DNA from: a phage
Sequence record: AH003496.2
Strand: one strand, 5' to 3'
DNA length: 340 nt
A model generated the notes under the pieces. The model was not told where the DNA came from. It ran no database searches and saw only the letters and a program-made list of their open reading frames with translations. The position numbers were made by a program, and so were the translations under genes. Each line of letters starts with the position of its first letter. The first letter of the stretch is position 1. Shown here piece by piece: positions 1-340 of this stretch.

Positions 1-11
1 GGGGATACGTG

Positions 12-36
12 CCCCTCCACCGCCACCCGCACCCCC
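12..36 (-). other. Mirror G-rich tract on the - strand (the + strand here is C-rich: CCCCTCCACCGCCACCCGCACCCCC) with the same G-quadruplex potential
   Basis: Reverse complement of 305-329. Within 11-40 the + strand has 21 C and 3 G, a strong strand compositional bias. Confidence 0.3.
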
Positions 37-47
37 TACCAAAATAA

Positions 48-103
48 TTTCCGTCTGTCAATACCCCCTGCATCCGATAGGCCCGAACTATCACAAACGG
101 AAA
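48..103. repeat. Nested imperfect inverted repeat inside the left arm: 13-mer TTTCCGTCTGTCA (48-60) and the reverse complement of 91-103 (TTTCCGTTTGTGA), 11/13 identical, 30-bp spacer
   Basis: Direct reading of the sequence; the spacer contains a smaller 5-bp stem, GATAG (76-80) with CTATC (88-92). Confidence 0.5.
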
Positions 104-120
104 AGCGATAGCCCAAAACA

Positions 121-220
121 NNNNNNNNNNNNNNNNNNNNNNNNNNNNNNNNNNNNNNNNNNNNNNNNNNNNNNNNNNNNNNNNNNNNNNNNNNNNNNNN
201 NNNNNNNNNNNNNNNNNNNN
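121..220. other. Run of 100 N: undetermined or masked sequence (conventional-length assembly gap or deliberate mask); true length and content unknown
   Basis: Exactly 100 consecutive N characters; 100 N is the common placeholder for a gap of unknown size in scaffolds. Confidence 0.95.
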
Positions 221-237
221 ATTTTATTCCTATCGCT

Positions 238-293
238 TTTCCGTTTGTGATAGTTCGGGCCTATCGGATGCAGGGGGTATTGACAGACGGAAA
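238..293. repeat. Mirror copy of the nested 13-mer inverted repeat inside the right arm: TTTCCGTTTGTGA (238-250) and the reverse complement of 281-293 (TTTCCGTCTGTCA)
   Basis: Follows from the arm symmetry and was confirmed by reading 238-250 and 281-293; with the left arm this gives four copies of the motif TTTCCGTYTGTSA in the window. Confidence 0.5.
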
Positions 294-304
294 TTATTTT
301 GGTA

Positions 305-329
305 GGGGGTGCGGGTGGCGGTGGAGGGG
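305..329 (+). other. G-rich tract with G-quadruplex-forming potential on the + strand (GGGGGTGCGGGTGGCGGTGGAGGGG); i-motif potential on the opposite strand
   Basis: G runs GGGGG (305-309), GGG (313-315), GG (317-318), GG (320-321), GG (323-324), GGGG (326-329). Only three runs of three or more G, so a canonical three-tetrad quadruplex needs a bulged GGCGG tract or a long loop; a two-tetrad quadruplex fits easily. No structure prediction was run. Confidence 0.3.
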
Positions 330-340
330 CACGTATCCCC

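Larger units (their letters stand above)
1..111. repeat. Left arm of a 111-bp perfect inverted repeat (reverse complement of 230-340); the repeat reaches the window edge, so its outer boundary is not visible
   Basis: Manual base-by-base reverse-complement comparison: position p pairs with 341-p for every p from 1 to 111 (111/111). Pairing is lost for 112-120 vs 229-221 (3/9, only the AAA/TTT at 116-118 vs 225-223). Confidence 0.9.
230..340. repeat. Right arm of the same 111-bp perfect inverted repeat (reverse complement of 1-111); the repeat reaches the window edge
   Basis: Same comparison as the left arm; the inner boundary lies at 230, immediately next to the diverged bases 221-229 (ATTTTATTC). 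Confidence 0.9.

Noticed and set aside
1-38. Possible Tn3-family or other known insertion-sequence terminal inverted repeat, because the arm starts with GGGG
   Set aside because: Apart from the leading GGGG, the sequence does not match the Tn3-family terminal repeat as I remember it. The outer boundary of the repeat is not visible, so no terminus can be defined and no target-site duplication can be assessed. This is a recollection, not a database search.
51-60. Similarity of CCGTCTG to the core of the Neisseria DNA uptake sequence (GCCGTCTGAA)
   Set aside because: Only 7 of 10 core positions match and both flanks differ (TCCGTCTGTC). It does not fit any uptake-sequence dialect I can recall, so it is too weak to assign function or taxonomy.
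121-220. Any statement about what the masked centre encodes (for example a recombinase, a promoter or cargo genes)
   Set aside because: The centre is entirely N; nothing can be inferred about its content or true length from this window.
280-285. Exact sigma-70 -35 hexamer TTGACA on the + strand (mirror on the - strand at 56-61), facing outward from the gap
   Set aside because: No acceptable -10 hexamer at 16-18 bp spacing (the candidates are GTAGGG, TAGGGG and AGGGGG). The hexamer is simply part of the nested 13-mer motif.
268-339. ATG at 268-270 starting a + strand ORF that runs off the window (MQGVLTDGNYFGRGCGWRWRGTYP...)
   Set aside because: No convincing Shine-Dalgarno sequence upstream, the same frame is open upstream of the ATG, and the mirror-image ORF exists on the other arm. 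This is indistinguishable from chance.
326-340. Rho-independent terminator formed by the terminal GC-rich hairpins (1-15 and 326-340)
   Set aside because: The stem is only 4 bp and no T-run follows on either strand within the window.
1-340. CRISPR array
   Set aside because: The repeats are inverted, not direct, and there is no regularly spaced repeat-spacer periodicity.
1-340. tRNA, rRNA or other structured RNA gene
   Set aside because: No cloverleaf-compatible arrangement or recognisable conserved RNA motif; the hairpin potential is fully explained by the palindromic repeats.

Overview
Only 240 of the 340 bases are readable: two 120-bp blocks (1-120 and 221-340) separated by a run of 100 N (121-220). 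The two blocks are reverse complements of each other: positions 1-111 pair with 340-230 at 111/111 bases by manual comparison, and complementarity is lost in the 9 bases bordering the N run on each side. The window is therefore one long inverted repeat around a centre of unknown content, and because the repeat runs to both window edges its true length cannot be seen. I cannot support any gene, RNA gene, CRISPR array, promoter or terminator from this sequence. The two main explanations are (a) a scaffolding or assembly artefact, where two short contig ends sharing a repeat are joined across a conventional 100-N gap, and (b) a genuine inverted duplication, such as terminal inverted repeats of a mobile element or the flanks of an invertible segment. 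The sequence alone cannot separate these. Secondary observations are a nested 13-bp inverted motif present four times, a strongly strand-biased G-rich/C-rich outer 40 bp with G-quadruplex potential, and short GC-clamped palindromes at the extreme ends. I see no evidence for a specific novel biological system here.
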